Of a stretch of DNA of 64,000 bases, positions 21,932 through 31,750 are shown piece by piece. Source of the DNA: Porphyridium purpureum (Eukaryota); the NCBI GenBank assembly GCA_008690995.1, contig VRMN01000003.1, forward strand, positions 1,674,001 through 1,738,000. Direction: 5' to 3'. Below the pieces are notes generated by a model. It made no database searches and was not told the DNA's origin. It worked only from the letters and a program-made list of their open reading frames with translations. Numbering within the stretch: the first letter of the stretch is position 1; each line of letters opens with the position of its first letter. A program made the translations under genes and the position numbers.

Positions 21932-22239
21932 TCGCTCAAGTATTCTCTTGTCTTCCCACGGCCTCCTGCTCTGTTCGTCTCCCTTTCGATCGCCTGTCAG
22001 GACGAGCTCTCTAGGCGCGGGCAGTGCTACCTAAAAACCGGCTACTCTCCAGTCAGCATCTTTCTCAGCCAGCCAATACGATTGAGTGCCCAAGTGACGC
22101 CTGACTGCCCCTCCCTTCTTCTCGCACGTCACGCTCAGCTTAACAACCGATGACCGACAAGGGGGAAAAGAAACCGATTTGTGAATTTAATGAAAAGAAA
22201 TGAGAAGTCGTTAAGCGACTAGGACACCGTTGACGCCTT

Positions 22240-23256
22240 TCATACCACGTACGCCTTCCACTGCGGAGGTTCCTTGCCCTCCTTGACAAAGGTGACGCTG
22301 CAGTGCTTGTCGACGCCAAGCTGCTCCAAGAAGCAGTCGATGGCATCCGTGCAGAACAGGCGCTCCTGCGGCGACACTCGCGCGCCCATCCAGACGTACA
22401 CGGCCTCTGCCTTTGGAGGTGTGCCAACAATCAGAACAAACGGGTCGCTGTCGTGCAGCTTCGACTTGGACACTGTCGTGCCCTCGTCCACGACCGACAG
22501 CTGTAGTTCGCCCGACTCATCGCTCACGCACACCAGCTGCTTCGGGATGCGCGCCCCGATCATGTCGTTGCTGTCACCCGAGTACGTTGTCTTGTCAGGC
22601 GTGCCCGTAAATGGCACACCACCTTCCTGCCATCCAGCGCCAACGCCGCCGGATTGTACGGCAAAGTTGCCGTTGAACAAAGCCAAGAAGTTGTCAGACT
22701 CGGATCCTTCCACCTCCCGGTACTGAACGGCCTCACAATTGAGCAAATCGTCCAAGTTTACGGTGAAGTACGCCGAGGAGCCCTTTTCGTCCTGCGTGGA
22801 CTCGGCGCCCTGCCAGTAGAACAGGTCGTACCGGTGCTTTGCCTCGCCAGGGTTCACGTAGGTGTGCAGTACCACATACGAGTCGCCAGTAAAGAACTTG
22901 CCGTAGGTATTCTTAGGCTGTCGCACGGGCTTGAACTTCTCAACACGCCAGATCTCCAAGCCGGGCTCCTCGCCAGCACCCGTAAACTCGGCCTCCGACT
23001 CGGCGGCCGCCTTGCGCAGTTCCTTGTCGCGATCGCTGCCCACCTGTCCAATATTTGTGTTCTGCCACTTTGGCGTGTCCGCGGGCCCGGTGCTTCCCCA
23101 AGTCTTCATAATGTTGCCGACGAGCCCCGCGAGCATCTCCATGTCTGACGTTTTGCCGCCGCCGGCGCGCGTACCCGTGCTAGCGCCGCCGCCGCCGCCG
23201 CCCGACTCCTTCAGCGCCTCCTTGGCGACATCTTTCAGCTTATCGAAAAACCCCAT
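22240..23256 (-). CDS. Gelsolin/severin/fragmin-family actin-binding protein
   Basis: GLEIWRVEKF, YGKFFTGDSYVVLHT, YDLFYWQGAESTQDE, VQYREVEGSES. Second repeat LVCVSDESG...VYVWMG...VKEGKE. Confidence 0.9.
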   Translation of the reverse strand: MGFFDKLKDVAKEALKESGGGGGGASTGTRAGGGKTSDMEMLAGLVGNIMKTWGSTGPADTPKWQNTNIGQVGSDRDKELRKAAAESEAEFTGAGEEPGLEIWRVEKFKPVRQPKNTYGKFFTGDSYVVLHTYVNPGEAKHRYDLFYWQGAESTQDEKGSSAYFTVNLDDLLNCEAVQYREVEGSESDNFLALFNGNFAVQSGGVGAGWQEGGVPFTGTPDKTTYSGDSNDMIGARIPKQLVCVSDESGELQLSVVDEGTTVSKSKLHDSDPFVLIVGTPPKAEAVYVWMGARVSPQERLFCTDAIDCFLEQLGVDKHCSVTFVKEGKEPPQWKAYVV

Positions 23257-23373
23257 CGTACTCGAGCTATGGTTCCCGTCCTACTCGTGCTGCCTAACAA
23301 ACACTCGAGGCACCTTTCATCTTCAACATCTTTGTCCTTCTCTCGTGTGGATCGGTAAACCGTGTCCCACCCC

Positions 23374-23380
23374 TTTTATA
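23374..23380 (-). promoter_or_regulatory. Candidate TATA box of the gelsolin-family gene
   Basis: TATAAAA on the minus strand about 120 nt upstream of the ATG, in a GC-rich background. Confidence 0.4.
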
Positions 23381-23960
23381 GCCTTTGGAACCGAGTCACT
23401 AAAAATAACGGCTGTAGTAAAACTGTGCCACTTTAACATGAAAGGTACAGTGATGGTCACGCTTTTAGCTCTGAAATCTGAATATCCGCCACGTGGTCCG
23501 CAAGTGTGGGGCCAAGCGCTTGGTTGCGCCTTGCCGTTCAAGCGGTGCTGCGCGGGCTAGACGTAAAGAGCACTTGGATTGTGTGTAGATGTGTGTGGCT
23601 TCGGCTACGTGCACCCACCGTACCGTGTGGTGAACGCATGTGTAGATCTCGAGATGCCAGACTTGAGAGACATCGAGTACTTGCTATGAACAAGCACTTG
23701 AGCGCTACCATCGCTGCTGCCGTCCTCTTCTGCAACTCGACCTCTGCAATCAAACGCGGGGCATCGTGCTCGACGTGTATTTCAGCACCAACGCAATTCT
23801 GGTGCCGTGTCGTTTGCATTGGCAAAGGTACAAGAACGGTCGCTGCCGAAACGCAGATCGTGGACTCGAAGGCTGGCGAAACAGTTCTCATTCGCTTTTG
23901 ACGTGTACAAGGCGTGCCTCCAGGCAAGCCGTGTCTCGCGTCGCCGGTGTCAGTGCAATT

Positions 23961-24917
23961 CTATGTCTGGTTACGGAGCCGGGACTGGTACTCTGCGTTG
24001 AGCGCATACCATAGCACGCGATTCTGTTCCAGGTGTTCAGATGAAAGCCGGAAAGAGACATTGGACAGATCACAATCACCGTCGATATACTCACGCCGGG
24101 CTCGCTCTGTCTGCTTTTCGCGAAGCGCTTCTGTATCCGGCTCGCGGCTGAACTTCCCGTCCAGATTTGCACTCAGTATTCCTTTAAAGCTACAGTTGCG
24201 CACCCCAAGCAAATGGTGCAGCGCGTCGTTGTACACCTGCACCGACAATTGCTCAACGGCCAGCCTGAAGATCGTATTCGGGAACGCCTTGTGCACACAG
24301 TCGGCCAGCAGTCGCTGCTTTCCCCACTCCAGACGGAGGCGCGTCGCGTTAAAGTTGGACTTAACTGGCACATCCAGCTTTTCGCGAACGGAGAATATCC
24401 ACCTGGAACACGGGAACGTGAACTTCAAAAAGGAAAGCATGTGCCAAGAAGTGTATGCAATCTCCTTGAAGCCAACGATGCGGGTTTGGGACTGCTCGCT
24501 CGCGCGCCTTTTGCCAAATACCATAACTCTAACCAGCTCTTGAGTGACACAGCGGAATCCATCCATGTCAAGGCGGGGACCTGCGGACGCCACTGACGTG
24601 TGCCGCATCTTTGCGAGCCGCTTGTACATCTCATATTGTCCATTCAAGACGCCCTGATGCTCGCCCGTGAGCTCGACGTGCGGCACAAGTCTGAACATTG
24701 ACAGCGCCGTCGTGCTGCCGGTGCGACCTCCTGCTCCCAAGATAAACAACCAGTTCTGAGCGCACAGATCGCAAGGCTCCTGCGCACGTGCATCGCGCGC
24801 AACCAGTGCGAAAGCCAGCCACAGGATTATCGCTTGCACATACAACTTGCCATGTGCGCTGATCCGTGAACCGTCCCTTGAGCCGCATGGACGGACACGG
24901 CGTGTTTGGAGATACAT
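23961..24917 (-). CDS. Membrane-anchored or secreted P-loop sulfotransferase-like protein
   Basis: Signal-anchor LYVQAIILWLAFALVA, 5'-PSB-like LFILGAGGRTGSTT, ELTGEH, VGFKEI, FLKFTFPCSRWIFSVR. First ATG 24917. Confidence 0.7.
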   Translation of the reverse strand: MYLQTRRVRPCGSRDGSRISAHGKLYVQAIILWLAFALVARDARAQEPCDLCAQNWLFILGAGGRTGSTTALSMFRLVPHVELTGEHQGVLNGQYEMYKRLAKMRHTSVASAGPRLDMDGFRCVTQELVRVMVFGKRRASEQSQTRIVGFKEIAYTSWHMLSFLKFTFPCSRWIFSVREKLDVPVKSNFNATRLRLEWGKQRLLADCVHKAFPNTIFRLAVEQLSVQVYNDALHHLLGVRNCSFKGILSANLDGKFSREPDTEALREKQTERARREYIDGDCDLSNVSFRLSSEHLEQNRVLWYALNAEYQSRLRNQT

Positions 24918-25180
24918 TCCCAAATGACAGGACACGTCATCCCTGTCTTGGATCGCGGACTGCAGTTCCGCTCATATGCGCCGGCGCCGCTATCCTCAAG
25001 TTCCTTGTAGGAATACACGGAGCCAGGATTGTTCACTTCTCTCGTTCTTCCTTCTCTTCCCTGCCGATGATGGCCACAGAATTTCGTGAGCCTTCCCGAG
25101 GGTTCGAATGCTGTCGCAGACTCTCGAGGGAGCGATGCCTCAGAGAAAGTCGAAGCCCTCTTTATTCACACGTGCACTTC

Positions 25181-26062
25181 TCAATTATAAGAAGTAAAAT
25201 TGGCGGCAAGCTCGCGCCACAATTGCCGATTCTATTTCTTTTCGTTTTCGGAAAGTCGGAAGTTGACGTCAGACTAGTTCCAAGCACCTCGGATCCACTG
25301 CTTCCGCTGACACAGCGGCAGCTGCTTATGCTTTTTAAAGTCTGGAGGCTCCTTGCTGTACGAGCCATCCAGATTCTCGCCGTGCACACCTTTGAAATCA
25401 CATCCCCGGATACCCAGCAGACTGCGAAGTGCGTCAGTATGAAGCTCCTTCGACAGGTGCTCCACCGGAAGCAAAAAAAAAAAGTGCTCCTTGTGAAGTG
25501 GCTATGTATTGCTTTCGCCGAAAAGCGTCCACGTTCCCACGCACTGTGCAGACTCGAGGCATTCCACTGCCCCATCTTCACGGGCGCATCTGCATTTCGC
25601 GGAGACAAAAGGTAATGCGTGCGCATGGGATGACGGATGCCATAAATTCAAGCGTGCGCGGGGATACGTGCCGAACCTCTTTGAAGCCAACTACCACAGT
25701 CTTCTCTTCGAGTTCTTCCAGTTCTGTTCCGTACACCACAAACTTGATGATTTCTTGCGTCAAACAATAAAAGGTGTGCGGGTCAAACGCTGGACCCGGC
25801 CGTGCCAAGCCCTTCTTCTCCATCGCCAACTTTTGGTAGATCGTGCAGTGATCTTTCAACATTCCTCCATTTCACCCGTGAGCCTGACACCGGGTAGCAT
25901 TCTGAACATGGACAACGCCGTGAGGCTTCCAGCGCGACCTCCCGCTCCCAAAACAAACAGCCAGTTATCCGCGCACAGGTCGCACTGCGTGGCACCCGAT
26001 GCGCACGCTATTCCGATGATCACCAGGACCGGACTCAGTACTCCTGCGCACCACCTCGCCAT
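25181..26062 (-). pseudogene. Disrupted tandem paralog of the adjacent sulfotransferase
   Basis: Colinear pieces in successive frames: CDLCADNWLFVLGAGGRAGS / VGFKEVR...PCARITFCLRE / NASSLHSAWE / LPVEHLS...LLGIRGCDFKG...NLDG / SDVNFRLSE. Three frameshifts and two in-frame TAG stops (25274-25276, 25232-25234). Confidence 0.85.
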
Positions 26063-27073
26063 GTTGTTTACCTTGAGCCCGGTGGCGCCATTTCGCGCAC
26101 ATGAATCCGTTTGCAGCTACAAGATCCGCAGGGTACTTGTTGCTGATGATGAAGCTTTTGCAGTGAGGCGTGCATATTTCCTTCAGGAGCAGCTGCAATT
26201 CGCACGACCAACACCGTTTCTCCATCCTCTCTCGCTCGAATTCATGCGAAATCAGGACGTTTAGACAGAATTGCTGCGCGTGGTGCTGGAGCATCTTGCT
26301 GTTGTACGAAAGAAGGCTTCACGTTGGCCAGGCGAAACCCCGTAGCATGGTACAGAGTCTTTTCGAGTACTGTATTATGAGGAACACAAGACAACGTTGA
26401 CATTGAAATCGAGCTCAACACACGCCAAAAGCACATGCTCTGTAATATTGCTTTCGATGTCGCTCGTCTCATGCAGACACGTTGAACAGAACGTTTGGGC
26501 CTTCGGTGCGACGTCATTCGTCTCGCGCACACGAAACAAAATTCATGGGTACGCAAAGACGAGATGGGAAAAGACAGTCAGGCAGACGCGGCCATGCTCG
26601 TGGACGAATTTCTGTCGAGCTGAAAATCTTCTGCCTTCAGATTCGCACTGCGCCCAGTATCGCTTGGTAGATCGCTGCCCGCATCACCTCATGCTCGCCA
26701 GAGGAGAACAAGTGAATATAACATACATAGCTAATTCATACAAAAGCCGAATGAAAGGAGTCGAGTGTCCTTCGCACCATTTCGTACTGAACGATCATGA
26801 ATGACGCCCAGCGCCTCGCCGGTGAGCACGATCTGTGGCGCCATACATGGCACGCACACCGCCGTGCCCCGTGCCCCGTGCCCGTGCGACCTCGTGGCTC
26901 CAGAATGAACAGCAGCAACCCACTGCGCAGGTCTCACGCCTCTGCTCGCGCTCCGTGTGCTACCGTGCCTGCCACAACCATGACAACATCACAAGCTCTC
27001 TTCCGATTCCACATTCAACACCATCCTTTCTGCCACGCGCACGCTCTCATTGAAATTTACTCAATAAAATAAT

Positions 27074-27090
27074 GTATATATATTATATAT
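27074..27090 (+). promoter_or_regulatory. TATA-like element upstream of the tRNA gene
   Basis: gtatatatattatatat located 23-39 nt upstream of the tRNA 5' end. Confidence 0.6.
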
Positions 27091-27112
27091 TTCACCCTCA
27101 TCTACTACATTT

Positions 27113-27205
27113 GGGTCTGTAGCTCAATCGGAAGATGGCAGTTTGCCAGCCGCCAGTGCATCGTTTGCAACGATGATGTACCGGGATCGAAACCCGGCAG
27201 ATCCA
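27113..27205 (+). tRNA. trnA-UGC: tRNA-Ala(UGC) with a 20-nt non-canonical intron (27135-27154) in the D-stem
   Basis: Acceptor GGGTCTG/CAGATCC with G3:U70 and discriminator A; A-box TAGCTCAATCGG; anticodon arm CATCG-TTTGCAA-CGATG (TGC at 27166-27168); T arm CCGGG-ATCGAAA-CCCGG. The D-stem GCTC/GAGT forms only after 20 nt are removed. Confidence 0.92.
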
Positions 27206-27216
27206 CTGTCCTCAAA

Positions 27217-27224
27217 TTTTTTTT
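27217..27224 (+). terminator. RNA polymerase III oligo-dT terminator
   Basis: T8 run starting 12 nt after the tRNA discriminator base. Confidence 0.8.
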
Positions 27225-27480
27225 GGTTTTTCTTGGTTTTTTGGTTGTCGACGGACATGGTTGTCTGCCGGTTATGTTTTGTCTGTCACGCTCGAGCAAG
27301 ACTCAACTGCACGTACTGACCTCGCATGAGACGTGGCAGCGCGCGCGCTTCGGGAATTTCGTCTCGCTACTACACCGCACTGTGCGGGCGCCTGGGTTAA
27401 CAGAGTTGCGGCCCGGCATTCGTGACGAACGGGCCCCAACGTAGCCGCGACTTGGTCCGGATGAGTGTGCCTGGTTGTTC

Positions 27481-28845
27481 ATGGACTGGTGGGAGAAGCG
27501 CATACGCGAGCGCGAGCAGTGGCGGTGGCCAAGCAATGGCTCACAGGGCGCGGTTCTGCCCAAGCCGGCCTGGGCGCGCGGCGCTTCGATGTCCATACTG
27601 GCAGACACGACGCCGAACGTGACGGTGCAAAACGAAAGAAGCGCGAGGGCGTCAGGGGTCTTGCTGGTGTTTCTTCTCTTCCTTGGCTTGTGCACCGTGT
27701 TGGTTCCGCTTGCAAAACACGCCGGCCTCCTGCGGGTGGATCTCGTGGAGCTTTCGTTTGCTCAGCTGCGCGGCGAAGAGTTGTCCCCGTCGCAAGGCCA
27801 GGCATACTTTGATGACTCGGACCAGCGAGCTGTACAGACGATTCAAGAGTCAAGGTTGACGCCTGATTCCCGTGAATTCAATGGCAAACAATCCAGCGCG
27901 AAAGTCTCTGAACCTATGGCAGAACCGGGTTCTGCACGGGATTCCTTCGGCCCTCGACAAACAGGCACCTCTCAGAATCAGACCCACGGCACGGATAATG
28001 CGGGTCCCATACAGCATTTTGCAAAAGCTGAGCGACTGCTCGCGGCTTGCCCCGACCAGATGCTGTTGATGAATGCAAGGACGAAGAGGAAACCTGTTGA
28101 CGAGAATTTCAATGCATCTGAAGCGTCCTTCTTCGGCACGGTGGTGATCCCGGAGCTGCGCCTGGTGGTGTGCACGCTGCCTCGCAGCAAGGCACTTATG
28201 ATGCGCGCACTTTTAGGGAGATTGCGGCTGGCGAGTGCTGTCAACGCGTCGTATGCGCGAACGGACGAACGCGAAGCGCGCCGGCTCGTCACGATGCCCA
28301 GCGCGCACATCCAGTTGCGGTCGCTCCCGCTTCACGAGATTGAGCAAATTGCTAGGTCATCAGAATGGCTAAAGCTAGCAATTGTGCGGCATCCATTTAT
28401 TCGGCTGCTTTCTGGGTACAACAAAGTCGTTCGGTCGGGCCAGGCAGGAATGCTCCACCCTTCGCTTCCAGTAACAAACGAGACCTCATTTTCTGATTTT
28501 GTCGCGCTGGTTGAGTCCAGGGGCCCGCACGAGCTGAATGAGCAGCTCCGTGACCAGTCGTCTATGTGTGCGATTCCGTACATGGATCATTACTTTGTCA
28601 TTCACTCCGAGCAGCTCCGGACCGCCTTGCCATGCGTGGCCCGACATCTAGGGTTTGACGACGTCGTGAGCTCTGGGTGGGGTAAAGGTGACTTATTTGA
28701 TTTGGACGATGACCGATTCGACCGCGTCGTGGTCGAGCGGGAGCATGCGGATATCTTTGGACGTGTCCTTGAGCGCTTCAAATCAGATTTTGACTTGTTT
28801 CGGTATTTGTACAGCTTTGAGCAGTTGATCGATCCGAAACCGTGA
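27481..28845 (+). CDS. Golgi carbohydrate sulfotransferase-like protein (Sulfotransfer_2/CHST type)
   Basis: Type II TM (VLLVFLLFLGLCTVLVPL), LVVCTLPRSKA (5'-PSB-like), IVRHPFIRLLSGY (3'-PB), SFSDFV, QSSMC, FKSDFDLFRY. Start 27481 or 27589. Confidence 0.8.
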   Translation: MDWWEKRIREREQWRWPSNGSQGAVLPKPAWARGASMSILADTTPNVTVQNERSARASGVLLVFLLFLGLCTVLVPLAKHAGLLRVDLVELSFAQLRGEELSPSQGQAYFDDSDQRAVQTIQESRLTPDSREFNGKQSSAKVSEPMAEPGSARDSFGPRQTGTSQNQTHGTDNAGPIQHFAKAERLLAACPDQMLLMNARTKRKPVDENFNASEASFFGTVVIPELRLVVCTLPRSKALMMRALLGRLRLASAVNASYARTDEREARRLVTMPSAHIQLRSLPLHEIEQIARSSEWLKLAIVRHPFIRLLSGYNKVVRSGQAGMLHPSLPVTNETSFSDFVALVESRGPHELNEQLRDQSSMCAIPYMDHYFVIHSEQLRTALPCVARHLGFDDVVSSGWGKGDLFDLDDDRFDRVVVEREHADIFGRVLERFKSDFDLFRYLYSFEQLIDPKP

Positions 28846-28971
28846 AGTCTGTGGTGACGGCCCTGCGGCCCTACAAGCGCAGGCTGCCGGAGGCCATCAG
28901 TCTTGCATTCTCCCTGTAAATATATGCACAGAAGAACCGTCAGTTTTTTACGGCTGCTCTTGTAGAGTTCT

Positions 28972-30993
28972 TTAGAATCGTTTGTCCGTCACATCCACTG
29001 CTCCTGGCTCCAATTTGATCTGCTGAGAGACGAGTAAGTTCGTATACTCCTCCATCAGCGTTTCTATATACAGCTCAATGCCATTCAGAGACAAAAAGTT
29101 GCGAGCAAATTCATTGGCATTTTTCACAATGCCACGCACCACGTCGTCGTTTGCGAGACACCAGTCCACACGCTCCACCAGATCACCAAAGAAAAAGTCG
29201 GACGGAATGTAATGGACAAAGGGCTTCATCAGCGGCTCGTAAAACTGCCCGCACGGGGTCTCCTGCTTAATGATTGCCGACGGACCAAACAGCTGACGAT
29301 TCATTCGATCGGCCCAGAAGCAATTGCCCTCCGCGTACACAACGTACTTGTAGCGGTGATGCTCCTCCGGCGTCAGGCGCCGCATTTGGTACGAAGAACC
29401 GCCGCAGCGCCCGCTCAAGGATACGTCAAAAATCTCGGCACGGATCTGGCTCAAGTATCGAAGCCGAGCGCGCCCAATTTCCGAGCAGTGCAAGTCCGCG
29501 AGGTCCTTTTCTGGAAAGTACGCAGACGCTCGGTTCCCACCACGAAACACAGCTCGCGGCGCCTTTTCCTGCCAAGGAATGTAGTCCTGTCCAAACTTTT
29601 CCATGCGAGAATCCCAGCCCGAATAGCCTCCACCACGTGCCACGTCTCCTTCCCACATCGGGAACGGTATGTTATCGCTAAAGTTGCACGCCACGATGGT
29701 GAACACCGGGTTTGACTCGAGAAACTTGGCGACTCGGTAATTGTGCCGTTTGGACGCCGTCTGGACGCAGTCATGAATCGCCACCAAAAATTCAGTGTCG
29801 CGAATGCGCCGCTCTTTCGCCAGTTTGGACAGAATCCACACCATTTCATTCACGCGCGCACGGTAAAAGTCCTTGGATGATTTGGGCACCTCGTATGGGT
29901 CAAACATGTAAACTTTTTGGTCTACAATTTGGAAAAGGATACTCTGCGCCCCCTTGTTCGCGCCATCTGGTGTCAGTTTGTAGCTTTTGCGGTTCAGAAT
30001 GGTGAAAAAGGCCGATCTCGGAATCCCGCTCTTGAAAGGCGTCAGGTATGCCAGCACCAGGCGCCGATAATGGTCCTTGATCTGCTCCTTTTTCAACACG
30101 CCCGTTCCTCCGGGCACCATCAAGCGTTCGACACCTCGATCCATCGGATGTGCATTTTCGGCCGCCCTTGCGCTGGCGGAATCGAGGTTGCCTTCAGCTA
30201 CGGACACCCTCTGCACTCCACCGCCACTGGCGTGCTCGACGCGCCGGTGAGACGCATCGCCGACTAATTCCGCAAGGTTTTGCTCTGCGTTGCGCGCATT
30301 GAGCGTCGCGTCGTGGCCCGTACGCAGCTCCGAAGAGGTGAGGATGACGGCCGCGTCACCCAGTGACTGTTCAAGATGCATTGGAATCACTTCTTCCGTA
30401 CGCGACTGCACATCGAACCAGGTGAAGAATATGATGCTCACGAGCAGCCACATCGCCCATCCTTTCCACGTTCTTGGGATCAATGCCGATGCCATCCGTC
30501 GCAATCTGCTGAGCACGCCGCCCTTGCTGCTCGTGCGAGCGCTGCCATTTGAGTACGCATACCCGGCCTCGAGCGCGTCATCCATGTCCACGTCACGCTC
30601 TGCGCTTTTTCGCGATTTCTTCGACTTGGACCGCTTTGACGAGTCACGCGGACGGACTGCGCCGGTGGAAGACGCGGCCGAGCTGCGCGACGCTCCTCCC
30701 ATCTTGGATTCGGGCGCGAGCCGCTTCTCTTTCTTCAGCTCGAATGCACCGCCCGCGTATCTCGCTCCGTTCCGCCGACGAGACCTCCTCCCCGCGCTGC
30801 GCTCAGCATCTGAGCCGCTGCCACTTGCTCCGTCTCGACTGCCGCGCGCGTCGTCGTCGTCCTGCACGTCGTGACGCTCGCTTGCACTGCCGGCACTGCT
30901 GCTTGCGCTCTGGACCAAACGCAATGAATCGCGTTCAGTCTTCTCCCGCCGCTCCGCTTTCGTCCTGGTATGGCTCAACCCCAACTTGCCCAT
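28972..30993 (-). CDS. Glycosyltransferase family 90 (CAP10/Rumi-like) type II membrane protein
   Basis: TM WAMWLLVSIIFFTWF, IPWQEKAPRAVFRGG, EEHHRYKYVVYAEGNCFWADR, QFYEPLMKPFVHYIP. Confidence 0.85.
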   Translation of the reverse strand: MGKLGLSHTRTKAERREKTERDSLRLVQSASSSAGSASERHDVQDDDDARGSRDGASGSGSDAERSAGRRSRRRNGARYAGGAFELKKEKRLAPESKMGGASRSSAASSTGAVRPRDSSKRSKSKKSRKSAERDVDMDDALEAGYAYSNGSARTSSKGGVLSRLRRMASALIPRTWKGWAMWLLVSIIFFTWFDVQSRTEEVIPMHLEQSLGDAAVILTSSELRTGHDATLNARNAEQNLAELVGDASHRRVEHASGGGVQRVSVAEGNLDSASARAAENAHPMDRGVERLMVPGGTGVLKKEQIKDHYRRLVLAYLTPFKSGIPRSAFFTILNRKSYKLTPDGANKGAQSILFQIVDQKVYMFDPYEVPKSSKDFYRARVNEMVWILSKLAKERRIRDTEFLVAIHDCVQTASKRHNYRVAKFLESNPVFTIVACNFSDNIPFPMWEGDVARGGGYSGWDSRMEKFGQDYIPWQEKAPRAVFRGGNRASAYFPEKDLADLHCSEIGRARLRYLSQIRAEIFDVSLSGRCGGSSYQMRRLTPEEHHRYKYVVYAEGNCFWADRMNRQLFGPSAIIKQETPCGQFYEPLMKPFVHYIPSDFFFGDLVERVDWCLANDDVVRGIVKNANEFARNFLSLNGIELYIETLMEEYTNLLVSQQIKLEPGAVDVTDKRF

Positions 30994-31750
30994 CCCCGAT
31001 CACCCTTCCCAATCACGCTCCTTCTCTCATCTCATCTGAGACACGCCCTCTTCCTCTTTCCCTCCTTCTCCCTTCTCCTCACCCACCATCTGCACCAATC
31101 CCGCCAAGCCCCGCGCCATCGCGTCCTTTCCCCCAAAGGTACAGCGTCCGCACAATGGTGTACAGTCCACCTGCCTCCTGGTTCCGATGCGAGCACAGCG
31201 GCAGATCGGTTAACGGCGAACTCAATGACCATCAACCGGTAACCGATAACGAGCGGCGTCATGGCAAAGTGTGACGATTGGGTGTCACGTGTCGGTCCCA
31301 CCTAGCAAGAGTCGGGGAAGCACGTCTCGCGTGCGTGCCTGTCTCAATCGCGCATGAAGCGCAACGCAAGAGCGTGGCGCGCGTGATCGTCGACAGGGAG
31401 GCAGCGCCAATGCCAGTCCGGTGGAAGACGTTTTCTGTTTAGGAGTGGACACAGGAAGAGAGACCGAGAGACAGAGAGAGAGAAAGAGAAAGAGAGACAA
31501 CGTTATGCTTGTGGAACTGCAGAACGCAATTGGCGACACCGAGATTTACCTTTCCCGAGCTGCGTCCTTTTTGTGCGACGTTTTCGCGTCGAAGTACAGT
31601 TATCACACTGTACCACAGTGTGGTTGAAACTGCGCTTTGCGCAAATGAGCCGTTCGGGTCAAGTGAGTTTTCTAGTAAAACAGCAGTGCTTTAGTATGAA
31701 TTGTAAGTTTGTGGTTGGGTGGAAAAGAACAACCAGAGGAAGAAGGGCGC

